64,000 bases of DNA from Anaerolineae bacterium (lineage in GTDB: Bacteria > Chloroflexota > Anaerolineae > Promineifilales > Promineifilaceae): assembly GCA_020848035.1 (NCBI GenBank), contig JADLAX010000026.1, positions 256,180 through 320,179 on the forward strand, read 5' to 3'. This document shows positions 44,597 to 53,243 of this stretch, piece by piece; the stretch's first letter is position 1; every line of letters starts with the position of its first letter. A program made the translations under genes and the position numbers. The notes under the pieces were generated by a model. That model made no database searches and was not told where the DNA came from. It saw only the letters and a list, made by a program, of their open reading frames with translations.

Positions 44597-44636
44597 GTAA
44601 TTGGGTAATTCAGGCAGACAATTACCCAATTACTCA
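44594..44636. repeat. Hairpin of the GAGTAATTGGGTAATT family
   Basis: TGAGTAATTGGGTAATT (44594..44610, includes the menH-like stop) pairs with AATTACCCAATTACTCA (44620..44636). 17-bp perfect stem. Confidence 0.9.
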
Positions 44637-44650
44637 ATTACAATAGCCAG

Positions 44651-45049
44651 ATGAACAAACAACTTCCGCTCCTTATTTATGATGGCGACTGCGGCTTTTG
44701 AGAAAAGTCCGCACGGCTCGTCGAGTCGTGGACCAACGGCCGAATCGCCCTACAACCGTGGCAAAACATCCCAGAAACCATGACCGCGTTGGGCCTGACG
44801 GACGACGACGGCATGGCCCAGGCGTGGTTTGTGGCTGAAAACGGCCGTCTCACCGGTGGCGCAGAGGCGATTAACCAATCGCTGCGTTACTGTTGGTGGT
44901 TACGGCCGTTCACGTACCTCTATCCCCTGCCCGGCATACGCCAGCTGCAAGATTGGGTCTACCGCTGGGTGGCAGAAAACCGGTACCGCCTGCCCGGCAG
45001 CACCCCGCAGTGCGCCATTCCCACCAAAAATGATCAATCCGCTCTCTAA
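44651..45049 (+). CDS. DCC-family (DUF393) thiol-disulfide oxidoreductase with in-frame TGA at 44699..44701 (candidate selenocysteine; otherwise a pseudogene)
   Basis: ATG 44651: MNKQLPLLIYDGDCGF-TGA-EKSARLVESW.., continuing in frame into track ORF 44780..45049 (..AINQSLRYCWWLRPF..WVYRWVAENRYRLPG). The TGA sits where the family has the second Cys of DGxCxxC. Confidence 0.55.
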
Positions 45050-45788
45050 AAATGATTGCCGCCGCCTGGCGCAACATTTGCCAGACGGCCCCCAAACCGT
45101 CATCTCGCGGGCGCATTTGCTGTGGGGCACGGCGCGGGCGTATGCCATTGGGCTGACGGCGGGGGGATTGGACACGGCCGTCGTCGAAGACCCCGGCTGT
45201 CCTGGCGAACCGATGATCTTTGGCCATAACGCCCGGCAAATCGCCGATCTGATGCCGCAAATCCCCGACTGGTTCTGCGTTAACGTCGCCACTGACCTGG
45301 CCGATGAGCTGGAACCGCTGCTGGCGGCCCAAATGGGCTGCGCCCTGCGGCGGCAAGGGGATGTGTACCACACGCTTACCCAAGCACCACCAGCGGCGCT
45401 GCTCACTCACCCCGCCGTGCGCCTGCTCACCCCTGACGATCTGCCCCTGCTGCAAGCCGCCCCAGCCGAGCTGCGCGGTCACAATCCGGAACAGTTGTTG
45501 CAGAGAACGGCCGCTGCCGGGGCCATCATTCAAGGCCAACTGGTAGCCATCGCCCAAAATTACGCCCTCAGCGAAGGTTTTGGCGACATTGGCGTCTTCA
45601 CCCGGCCCGAGTGGCGCGATCATGGCTTGGCCGCCGCTGCCGCGGCGCTGGTGGCGGAGTGGCTGTGGCGCAACGGCCGTATCCCCGTCTGGAGCTGCGG
45701 CGAGCAAAACCACCCCAGTTTACGCGTGGCGAAGAAAGTGGGTTTTGTAGAAAACGGCCGTCGTGTCTACCTCATCCTGGACGAATAA
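45030..45788 (+). CDS. GNAT family N-acetyltransferase
   Basis: C-terminal GQLVAIAQNY..IGVFTRPEWRDHGLAAAAAALVAEW..GEQNHPSLRVAKKVGF. I prefer ATG 45030 (MINPLSKND) over the long track extension from 44829. Confidence 0.7.
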   Translation: MINPLSKNDCRRLAQHLPDGPQTVISRAHLLWGTARAYAIGLTAGGLDTAVVEDPGCPGEPMIFGHNARQIADLMPQIPDWFCVNVATDLADELEPLLAAQMGCALRRQGDVYHTLTQAPPAALLTHPAVRLLTPDDLPLLQAAPAELRGHNPEQLLQRTAAAGAIIQGQLVAIAQNYALSEGFGDIGVFTRPEWRDHGLAAAAAALVAEWLWRNGRIPVWSCGEQNHPSLRVAKKVGFVENGRRVYLILDE

Positions 45789-45975
45789 CTCGCCAAACAG
45801 CCTCTCTACCTCGCAAATGACAAAAATCACCAAACTCCAGGGTCGTTTGACCGTTCCTTTACGGCCGCTTTTTGCGTAAAATGGCACTGTTCTTGCCGGG
45901 CAGCTTGCCCCATTTGTTGCGTTCTTGCCGCGACCCGTAATGTGAGTCAATCAAATACAGCCAACGGAGGATCCC

Positions 45976-48900
45976 ATGTCTCGTCAATTTTCCACTTTCG
46001 CCCGATTTCTGCTTCTGGTTTTGGCGGTAACGACCGTTCTCACCCTCACCGTGCACGCCAGCCCCACCAGCCAGGACACACCACGCCCGCGCTTCGGTCT
46101 GGAAGATATTCCCTACCAGGCAGGTGCGGAAAACAGTGCACCAAACGAGTCGGCCTTGAGCGTGACCGCACCAAACGTCTTGCTGCCCTGGAGCAAAGTG
46201 GCGTTTCAATCGCTGCGCAACGGCAGTTGGGACATTTTTGTGGGCAATGATGACGGGACGGGGCAAACGGCCGTTGTCGGCAGTGGCAACGCTGAGATTC
46301 AACCCCACCTCAACCGGGGCAATACCAAAATTGTCTACGCCTCCAACAGCGGCGGCGACTATGAGATTTACACCGCCAACTTCAATGGTTCCGGCCAGAC
46401 CGCCCTCACCAGCAACACCACCAGCGACGGCAATCCATCCTGGTCGCCTGACGGCAGCAAAATCGTTTTCGAAGCGTACCGCAATGGCGAAGCCGACATC
46501 TACGTGATGAACGCCAACGGCACCAATCAGGTCCGCCTCACCACCCACTCGGACTTCGACGGCATGCCCAGTTGGTCGCCCGACGGCAGCAAAATTGCCT
46601 TCGTCAGCCGACGCACTGGTGGCTACCGCATTTACGTGATGAACGCCGACGGCTCCAGCCAGACGCAGCTCTCCAACCAGCCCTACAGCCTTCGCCCGCA
46701 GTGGTCGCCCGACGGCACCCAGATCGCCTACGATGCCGACGGCGATGGCGACGGCTGGCAAGACCTCTGGCGCATGAACGCCGATGGCAGCAGCCAGACC
46801 CTTGTCGTCAACCCCGGCGGCCAGACCGATGCCTGGACCTCTAGCTGGTCCCCAGACGGCAGCCGCATTGTTTACACGCTCATCTCCTTTGTCTACTACC
46901 AGGGCAACTGGTACTGGACCACCGCCTACCCTGATGCCTGGAGTCCCAACTTGGGCACCACCCGCCTCAGCAGCAACGGCACCGACTGGGATGCCACCTG
47001 GCAAACCAGCGATAGTTCATCCCCTGCGCTGACGCTCAACTCGATCCCGCAATACTCGCGTAATCCATTAACCGTAAGCTGGGTGGGCACAGATGTGGGC
47101 AGCGCCGGAATCAAAAGTTACGATGTTCAATACCGCTTAGCTGGGGCCACGAACTGGAGCAGTTTGTCCGCAGGAACGACGGCAACTACGGCCAATTTCA
47201 ACGGCTCCGTAGGCCAAACCTACCAATTCAGGGTCCGGGCCACAGACAAAGCTTTCAACCGCAGTAACTGGCAGTACAACTTTCAAACAACCCTGTATAG
47301 TTGGCTGATTAGCGGTAACATCACCGACAATCGCGGAAACCCGATCACCAATGCCACAGTTGCAACTACACCTGCAGCTTTCAAAACATCATCAAGCGAT
47401 TTCCATGGCTTCTTCCAAAACTTTGTAGGAGGAACACCAAACAATTATTCTGCAAGCTTGTTCAAAAGCGGTTATAGTGCCTTGCCTGCCACAGCCTACA
47501 TGTCAAGTGAGGATGCTGTTGTAAGAATGGTCCTCCCTCCCCTCGACAATATCTTAATAAACTGGGGATTTGAGGATGGTCCCTTTGGTCCATCCAACTG
47601 GCAAAGCTTAGGGCTGTTAACTGAGCGCATCACTGCAGAAAAACATACTGGCTCTTATTCTGCTTTTATGGGTGAGGCAACCACACCACAACCAGTTAAT
47701 GTATCGACTACCTCAGGGGCCTCGTTTTCGCCCAACATTACCAGTACAGAAGACGGCAAAATACATATAATTTGGCTTGAAGATGACCTTACTGGAATTT
47801 GCCGGGTAATGTATCGGAATTTAGACACGAATGGCTCTGTTTCAGCAGTCGTAGTTGTTTCTGGTTCCGGAGATCAGTGTTACTACAATTCCATAATTGC
47901 AGATGCAAATGGAGTTGTACACGTTTCATGGTTACAGTTAATTGGGGGTAATTATCACGTTTATTACAGACAACGTGATGGTATCGGCAATTGGAGCTCT
48001 ATTGAAGATGTTTCTTTGGTTAACTTTGGAGCTGCGCAGCCCCATTTAAAAATTCGTGATACAGGAGAAGTTTATTTGGTTTGGAATGATAAACAAAATA
48101 ATGAAGAGATGTTATTTTTTTCAGAGAGAGAGGGAGTATCTAATTGGAGTACCCCACTGAACATCTCTCCCGGTTTATCTTCATCGAAGACTTTTGATAT
48201 AGACATAGATCATCTCGGAGGCATCCATGTGCTGTGGAGAGAGTTCGATTATTTGCATTATTACGAAGCTTCAATATTAGCTACCTATCGCTCAAGCGAT
48301 GGTACCTGGTCTGCTCCAACAATCGTGGCTGGACCAGATGGGCATAAAAGCGTGCCCGATTTTACTATTGATAGTACAGGCAAAGTTCACGCAGTCTGGT
48401 CAAATATCGATCCTGCTTCAGAGTACCAGATCTATTATTCATCTCGAAATTTAGATGGGACTTGGACAGCGCCTGCACAACTTTCAAACGATGGGTTCGG
48501 CAATGGGATGGCTTTAATTACGGTAAATATTGACGGGAAACTTTACGTGCTGTGGCAAGGAGATAGTGGATTCCGTTATATTATAAGAAGCAGCACCGGA
48601 ACGTGGGGAACAATTCAAACAATACCTTCAATAAACAACCCACCCGTAATTTTCGAAGTCGATCAAACAGGCACACTTCATTTAGCCTGGAGGGATCAAG
48701 ATAGTAATATGGGAAACCTTATTTACGCATTTCAAAGTAGTGATAATATCTGGTCAACACCATTGAATATTTCCGGTGTTGACTCCGAAGTAGGCGTTAC
48801 TAGTTCCTTCCTTGCCTCTGATGGTTCGATAAGTTTTGCCTGGTCTAAGTCCAGTGAAGAATTGGATTACATTGGAGAAATATTCTCGGTTCGGGCTAAA

Positions 48901-49635
48901 CCGGGCACCTACACTCTTTCTCAAACTGTAAATATACCAGGCACAATGATAAACCCAACATTGTCATTATTTGCCAAACCTGCAGCTAGTGGAAGCGAAA
49001 ATGATCCGATCCTCAGTGTAAATATCGATAACGGAACTTCGAACCAAAGCTTTTTATTAATGAATGTTAACGATCCGAATTGGTCACACTACTGGATTGA
49101 TCTTTCACCGTGGCTGGGTGAATCCATTCAAATTAACGTCTCTTATGAAGTAGCGTCTACAGCACCATTTGAAGCAACAAGCTCAACACCGTTAAATGGA
49201 TTTTACTTAGATGAAATTACATTGGGCTCCTCATTTACCGACGTTTGGATTCAAATTGATGGTTCTAACGAAGCACTGCGTGGGGAAGAAGTTACTTACA
49301 CGATTTCCTATGGAAATAGAAGCAGTATAGATGCTGATGATGTTTCTATTACGGCCGTTCTCCCCCCACAGTTAACTTTCTTAAGCGCCAGTTTGCCACC
49401 TTCCAGCCAATCGCCAGGCTTGACCTGGAACATTGGTGACTTACCTGCCAACAGCGGCCCGATTTCTTTCACGATTACCGCCAGGGTGAAAAATACCGCT
49501 CAAGGGTTGAGTAATGCCACGTCCACTGTTAATATCACCACATCGTCTACAGAGTTAGAGGTGTTTAACAATGTGGGCCAAAGCGACCTGTTAATTGGCA
49601 CCAGATTGTACACACCCTTGATTATTAAGAATTAG
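45976..49635 (+). CDS. Large secreted multidomain protein: TolB-like PD40 beta-propeller repeats + FN3/Ig-like modules + BNR/sialidase-like repeat region + C-terminal DUF11 domain
   Basis: GGAGGA RBS, signal peptide. PD40 repeats (PSWSPDGSKIVF, PSWSPDGSKIAF, PQWSPDGTQIAY, SSWSPDGSRIVY). Recurring G.hHhhW strands (VHVSWLQ, VYLVWND, IHVLWRE, VHAVWSN, LYVLWQG, LHLAWRD). DUF11-like VTYTISYGN..ITAVLPPQLTF..TWNIGDL. Confidence 0.85.
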   Translation: MSRQFSTFARFLLLVLAVTTVLTLTVHASPTSQDTPRPRFGLEDIPYQAGAENSAPNESALSVTAPNVLLPWSKVAFQSLRNGSWDIFVGNDDGTGQTAVVGSGNAEIQPHLNRGNTKIVYASNSGGDYEIYTANFNGSGQTALTSNTTSDGNPSWSPDGSKIVFEAYRNGEADIYVMNANGTNQVRLTTHSDFDGMPSWSPDGSKIAFVSRRTGGYRIYVMNADGSSQTQLSNQPYSLRPQWSPDGTQIAYDADGDGDGWQDLWRMNADGSSQTLVVNPGGQTDAWTSSWSPDGSRIVYTLISFVYYQGNWYWTTAYPDAWSPNLGTTRLSSNGTDWDATWQTSDSSSPALTLNSIPQYSRNPLTVSWVGTDVGSAGIKSYDVQYRLAGATNWSSLSAGTTATTANFNGSVGQTYQFRVRATDKAFNRSNWQYNFQTTLYSWLISGNITDNRGNPITNATVATTPAAFKTSSSDFHGFFQNFVGGTPNNYSASLFKSGYSALPATAYMSSEDAVVRMVLPPLDNILINWGFEDGPFGPSNWQSLGLLTERITAEKHTGSYSAFMGEATTPQPVNVSTTSGASFSPNITSTEDGKIHIIWLEDDLTGICRVMYRNLDTNGSVSAVVVVSGSGDQCYYNSIIADANGVVHVSWLQLIGGNYHVYYRQRDGIGNWSSIEDVSLVNFGAAQPHLKIRDTGEVYLVWNDKQNNEEMLFFSEREGVSNWSTPLNISPGLSSSKTFDIDIDHLGGIHVLWREFDYLHYYEASILATYRSSDGTWSAPTIVAGPDGHKSVPDFTIDSTGKVHAVWSNIDPASEYQIYYSSRNLDGTWTAPAQLSNDGFGNGMALITVNIDGKLYVLWQGDSGFRYIIRSSTGTWGTIQTIPSINNPPVIFEVDQTGTLHLAWRDQDSNMGNLIYAFQSSDNIWSTPLNISGVDSEVGVTSSFLASDGSISFAWSKSSEELDYIGEIFSVRAKPGTYTLSQTVNIPGTMINPTLSLFAKPAASGSENDPILSVNIDNGTSNQSFLLMNVNDPNWSHYWIDLSPWLGESIQINVSYEVASTAPFEATSSTPLNGFYLDEITLGSSFTDVWIQIDGSNEALRGEEVTYTISYGNRSSIDADDVSITAVLPPQLTFLSASLPPSSQSPGLTWNIGDLPANSGPISFTITARVKNTAQGLSNATSTVNITTSSTELEVFNNVGQSDLLIGTRLYTPLIIKN

Positions 49636-49644
49636 GGCAAATTT

Positions 49645-50139
49645 ATGACCACCTTCATCCAATTCTGCGCCGGGGCCAAGCTGCGCCACGACTTCAGCGA
49701 CCAGATCCAGGTGCGCTACCTGCACCCTAGCGGGGAAAACTTCGACACCTGGATCAGCGGCGAAGAAGTGCTGAGCCGCCTCAAAACAATGTCGCGCGAG
49801 CAGCTCATCCACAGCTTCAGCCGGATGAACTGGACCGAGGCCAAAGCCGCCCTTCAGCATGAATTGGATGAAGGCCAGCAAAACGCCAGGCGCAGCCTGA
49901 AGGAGCGCCTGGCCGGCCTGGTCGAAGACAACATCGGCGGCAATATTTTTGGCGATACGCTGGCCAACAACATTCGTGGCGTAGACAGCCATGCCGACCC
50001 CCGTGAGCAGGAAAAGGCGCTCTGGCAGGAGCGCCTGCGCCACGACGCCTTCCGCGCCGTCGCCCTGGAACTGGCCTGGATCAATCTGGAGGGCACCTTT
50101 CCCGCCGAAGCCACGGTCGAACCAGATGATTGGCTCTGA
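49645..50139 (+). CDS. Hypothetical protein
   Basis: 164-aa ORF with native G+C content, followed by a terminator-like hairpin. I recognise no family. Confidence 0.55.
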   Translation: MTTFIQFCAGAKLRHDFSDQIQVRYLHPSGENFDTWISGEEVLSRLKTMSREQLIHSFSRMNWTEAKAALQHELDEGQQNARRSLKERLAGLVEDNIGGNIFGDTLANNIRGVDSHADPREQEKALWQERLRHDAFRAVALELAWINLEGTFPAEATVEPDDWL

Positions 50140-50145
50140 CCGCCG

Positions 50146-50176
50146 AACCTGCCAGACTGAAACCTGGCAGGTTTTA
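50146..50176 (+). terminator. Terminator-like hairpin after the 164-aa ORF
   Basis: AACCTGCCAG (50146..50155) pairs with CTGGCAGGTT (50164..50173), running into TTTT. Confidence 0.55.
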
Positions 50177-50386
50177 GATTCCCCCATTCCTAGATAAAAT
50201 CCCGGTTATGCCTCGAAATTGGTCTTGGCTGGTCAACGGCCTGCTGATCTTGCAGTACGTGTGGGCGCTAGGGGAAGCAACGGCCGTTTCCGCCACAAAA
50301 AACCCCTCACCTTTGTCACCAGCCCGACGGGCAGCGGGTGGAAGTCCAATGAAAATCCACAGACTTGTGGTGAGCGCAGCCAAATC

Positions 50387-50436
50387 ATTTCGCAGATTCA
50401 ACAGATTTTTTCTCTGCGACTCCGCATCTCTGCGTT
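50387..50436. repeat. Degenerate member combining CGCAGAT and CTCTGCG units
   Basis: ATTTCGCAGATTCAACAGATTTTTTCTCTGCGACTCCGCATCTCTGCG upstream of the ATL gene. Confidence 0.6.
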
Positions 50437-50460
50437 AAATTATTCTCGAAGGAGACAGCC

Positions 50461-50844
50461 GTGAATCAACCAACCCTCACCAACCCAGACGCATTTTATG
50501 AGCAGGTGTGGCAGCTGGCCCGCCAGATTCCGCGTGGGCGAGTGGCCACCTACGGCCAGCTGGCCCAGCTCATTGCCTGCCCCACCGGCGTTACCCCAGA
50601 TGAGTACCACGCCTTTGGCGCACGCTGGGTGGGCAGCGCCATGGCCGCCTGCCCCGCCGATGTGCCCTGGCAGCGGGTGATCAATTCCCAGGGCAAAATC
50701 AGCCAGCGACCAGGTGCCGAAAGGCAGCGCCAGCTGCTGGAACATGAAGGCATCGTGTTTGCCAGGGAGCGCATTGACCTGAAGGCTTACCATTGGCGCG
50801 GCCCTGGCGAGCCAGAGCCGCCGCAGCAAGCCAGGCTATTTTAA
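50461..50844 (+). CDS. Alkyltransferase-like (ATL) protein, MGMT DNA-binding domain without the acceptor Cys
   Basis: GTG start 6 nt after AAGGAGA. IPRGRVATYGQLA.. and PWQRVINSQGKIS, where true Ogt/Ada proteins have PCHRV. Confidence 0.8.
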   Translation: MNQPTLTNPDAFYEQVWQLARQIPRGRVATYGQLAQLIACPTGVTPDEYHAFGARWVGSAMAACPADVPWQRVINSQGKISQRPGAERQRQLLEHEGIVFARERIDLKAYHWRGPGEPEPPQQARLF

Positions 50845-50925
50845 GCCAAGCCGTCACATGCATGAATTTAGAACAGATTTTCTATTTGACCTTGACACAT
50901 TCCCATATCGGAATATAATACACGT

Positions 50926-51264
50926 ATGGCTCGCACATCCACCACACATGACCCGTTTAATGCCATAGCTGAACCCAAAAGACGTGAACTGCTGGACCTG
51001 CTGGGAACACAGGAACTCTCTGTCAACGAAATTGTGGCGCGGCTTGGCTGGACCCAACCAATGGTGTCTAAACACCTGGGTGTGTTAAAGCAGGTTGGCT
51101 TAGTGAGCGAAAGGCGAGACGGCCGTCAGCGATTCTATCGCACCAACGCGGAGCAGCTAAAACCCATCTACGACTGGGTAGCCCCGTTCGAGCGCTATTG
51201 GAGCGAGAGATTCAACCGCCTGGATGAGGTTTTGGAACAACTTAAAAAAGTAAACAAGGAGTAA
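50926..51264 (+). CDS. ArsR/SmtB family transcriptional regulator
   Basis: ELSVNEIVARLGWTQPMVSKHLGVLKQVGLVSERRDGRQRFYR. Confidence 0.9.
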   Translation: MARTSTTHDPFNAIAEPKRRELLDLLGTQELSVNEIVARLGWTQPMVSKHLGVLKQVGLVSERRDGRQRFYRTNAEQLKPIYDWVAPFERYWSERFNRLDEVLEQLKKVNKE

Positions 51265-51268
51265 CACC

Positions 51269-51751
51269 ATGTCGAAAAACAAAACAATCATTACCGCTGA
51301 ACCCGGTAAACAGGAACTGTTCATCACCCGAGAGTTTGATGCGCCGCGTGAACTAGTTTACCGGGCGCACACGGACCCAGAGATTTTTGCCCAATGGCTT
51401 GGCCCCCAAGATTTATCGGTCGATTTTGAAGTTTTTGAACCGGTGTCGGGCGGCCGCTGGCGTTTTCTGAACGTCGATCAGGATGGCAACAAATATGCAT
51501 TTCACGGTACGTTCCATGAGGTCACGCCGGAACGCATTATCCAAACGTTTGAATTTGATGGTTTGCCAGAAACCGGGCACGTGTCGCTGGAAACTTTGAC
51601 GCTGGAGGAGCTGCCAAACGGCCGTACCAAATTAATCACCCACGCCGTCTACCAAACCGTGGCCGACCGGGACGGCATGATCCAGTCTGGCATGGAATCC
51701 GGCGTAAACGACGGGTACAACAAGCTCGATGAGCTGCTAGAGACGATGTAA
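51269..51751 (+). CDS. SRPBCC superfamily protein (AHSA1 / activator of Hsp90 ATPase homolog-like)
   Basis: ITREFDAPRELVYRAHTDPEIFAQWLGP..FHGTFHEV. The ArsR-AHSA1 pairing is typical. Confidence 0.85.
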   Translation: MSKNKTIITAEPGKQELFITREFDAPRELVYRAHTDPEIFAQWLGPQDLSVDFEVFEPVSGGRWRFLNVDQDGNKYAFHGTFHEVTPERIIQTFEFDGLPETGHVSLETLTLEELPNGRTKLITHAVYQTVADRDGMIQSGMESGVNDGYNKLDELLETM

Positions 51752-51876
51752 GACAAGAACTCCGAAGTTTTGCTGGCAGCCCAGATCGTGAAAAAGCCAA
51801 CCGGGCACTGCAAGCCATGCTAAAAATGCAAAAGATCGTTATCGCCGACCTGCACAAAGCTTTTCACGGTGCCTGA
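51751..51876 (+). pseudogene. Possible 3' remnant of a PhnB-like/VOC-family gene
   Basis: Start-less frame reads ..RQELRSFAGSPDREKANRALQAMLKMQKIVIADLHKAFHGA-stop. It resembles the C-terminal tail I recall for PhnB-like VOC proteins, which often co-occur with ArsR-AHSA1 pairs. This rests on memory only. Confidence 0.3.
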
Positions 51877-51885
51877 GCGTCGTTT

Positions 51886-51920
51886 TTTCCCGGAAACTTT
51901 GGCGGAAGTTTCCGGGGAAA
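51886..51920. repeat. Second copy of the TTTCCC(C)GGAAAC hairpin family
   Basis: TTTCCCGGAAACTT pairs with AAGTTTCCGGGGAAA (one bulge). Confidence 0.75.
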
Positions 51921-52044
51921 TTCTGTCTTAGTCACTATTGGCACAAACTTGCCAAACGCTCATAAACGGTGCGCCACTTTTGGCAAACGGCCGTGTTCAT
52001 CTCCATAATCCTTTCATGCAACTGGAGGCAGGGCAAACTGTCCT

Positions 52045-53130
52045 ATGAACATTCTTCTCTTTTTGGGTGGGCTGGCGTTTTTGATTGTGGGAGCTGAAGC
52101 GTTGGTGAGAGGCGCTTCCCGGTTAGCGGCCGTTTTTGGCGTGTCGCCGCTGGTGATTGGCTTAACTGTGGTGGCCTTCGGCACCAGCTCGCCTGAAATT
52201 GCTGTCAGCGTCAACGCGGCACTCGCTGGCCAGGCCAGCCTGGTTTTAGGCAACGTGGTGGGCAGCAATATTTTCAACATCCTTTTCATTTTAGGCCTGT
52301 CGGCCGTCATCGTTCCACTCCTCGTCTCCCAGCAGCTCATTCGCCTGGAGCTGCCGCTCATGATCGGGCTCTCGCTCTTCATTCTACTGCTGGCTCTAGA
52401 CAGCACCCTGAGCCGACTCGATGGATTGGTTTTATTGGTGGGTCTGGTAGGGTACATTCTGCTTTCGTTGCGAGCGAGCCGCAACGAAAAGCGCGAAGTT
52501 CAGGAAGAGTACGCCAAAGAGTTTGGCCAAAAAACTGTGCCGCCCCACAACAACCTGGTCAACGTTATTCTGGTTGTTGTAGGGTTGGGCTTACTCATTT
52601 TGGGGTCCCGGTGGCTGGTTCAAAGCGCCGTCGCCTTTGCCCAATTTTTAGGACTGAGCGAACTGATCATTGGCTTAACTATCATCGCCGCAGGCACCTC
52701 TCTGCCGGAAGTGGTCACCTCTATCATTGCCGCCCTGCGCGGCGAACGAGACATCGCCGTTGGTAACGTAGTAGGCAGCAACATTTTTAATCTGCTGGGT
52801 GTGTTGGGGGTGTCCAGTGTGCTCGCACCAGCTGGAATTGCCGTATCCGAAGCTGTTGTCGGTTTTGATCTGCCAGTGATGATTGCAGTGGCGCTGGCCA
52901 GCTTCCCTATCTTCTTTACCGGTGGCTACATCAGTCGGTGGGAAGGTGGTTTTCTGCTCATTTACTACGTGGCCTATACACTTTATCTGGTTTTATCAGC
53001 TACTGCGCACGATGCCCTGCCCCGCTTCAACCTGGTCATGCTCTATTTTGTCATCCCCCTCAGCGTGGTAACACTGGCCGTAACGTTTACCCAAGAAATG
53101 CGTCGACGACAAGCTCGCCAGGTAGCTTAA
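52045..53130 (+). CDS. CaCA family sodium/calcium exchanger (YrbG-like)
   Basis: Two alpha-repeats, GNVVGSNIFNILF and GNVVGSNIFNLLG. About 10 TM segments. Confidence 0.9.
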   Translation: MNILLFLGGLAFLIVGAEALVRGASRLAAVFGVSPLVIGLTVVAFGTSSPEIAVSVNAALAGQASLVLGNVVGSNIFNILFILGLSAVIVPLLVSQQLIRLELPLMIGLSLFILLLALDSTLSRLDGLVLLVGLVGYILLSLRASRNEKREVQEEYAKEFGQKTVPPHNNLVNVILVVVGLGLLILGSRWLVQSAVAFAQFLGLSELIIGLTIIAAGTSLPEVVTSIIAALRGERDIAVGNVVGSNIFNLLGVLGVSSVLAPAGIAVSEAVVGFDLPVMIAVALASFPIFFTGGYISRWEGGFLLIYYVAYTLYLVLSATAHDALPRFNLVMLYFVIPLSVVTLAVTFTQEMRRRQARQVA

Positions 53131-53243
53131 CGCTGTTTGTGGCACGTTTAACAGCTTCGCCTGGCAAGAAAAATGAGAAGGGTGCCAGTGTGGCAACTAG
53201 CAAGGGCAAATCCGCCACCAGCACACTTTTCACGTTTTACGAC

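Noticed and set aside
44699-44701. Genome-wide TGA reassignment (code 4 or 25) as an explanation for the in-frame TGA
   Set aside because: TGA terminates several well-delimited genes in the window, for example ecfA at 22063..22065, the MenH-like gene at 44594..44596 and the ABC ATPase gene at 60700..60702.
44829-45029. 67-codon N-terminal extension of the GNAT ORF
   Set aside because: It overlaps the DCC-family gene out of frame and has no homology signal. ATG 45030 gives a typical GNAT length.
44780-45049. Stand-alone 89-aa ORF starting at Met 44780
   Set aside because: It would lack the catalytic DGxCxxC motif of the DCC family, which is encoded in the same frame just upstream of a single TGA. 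The Sec-readthrough or pseudogene interpretation explains the sequence better.
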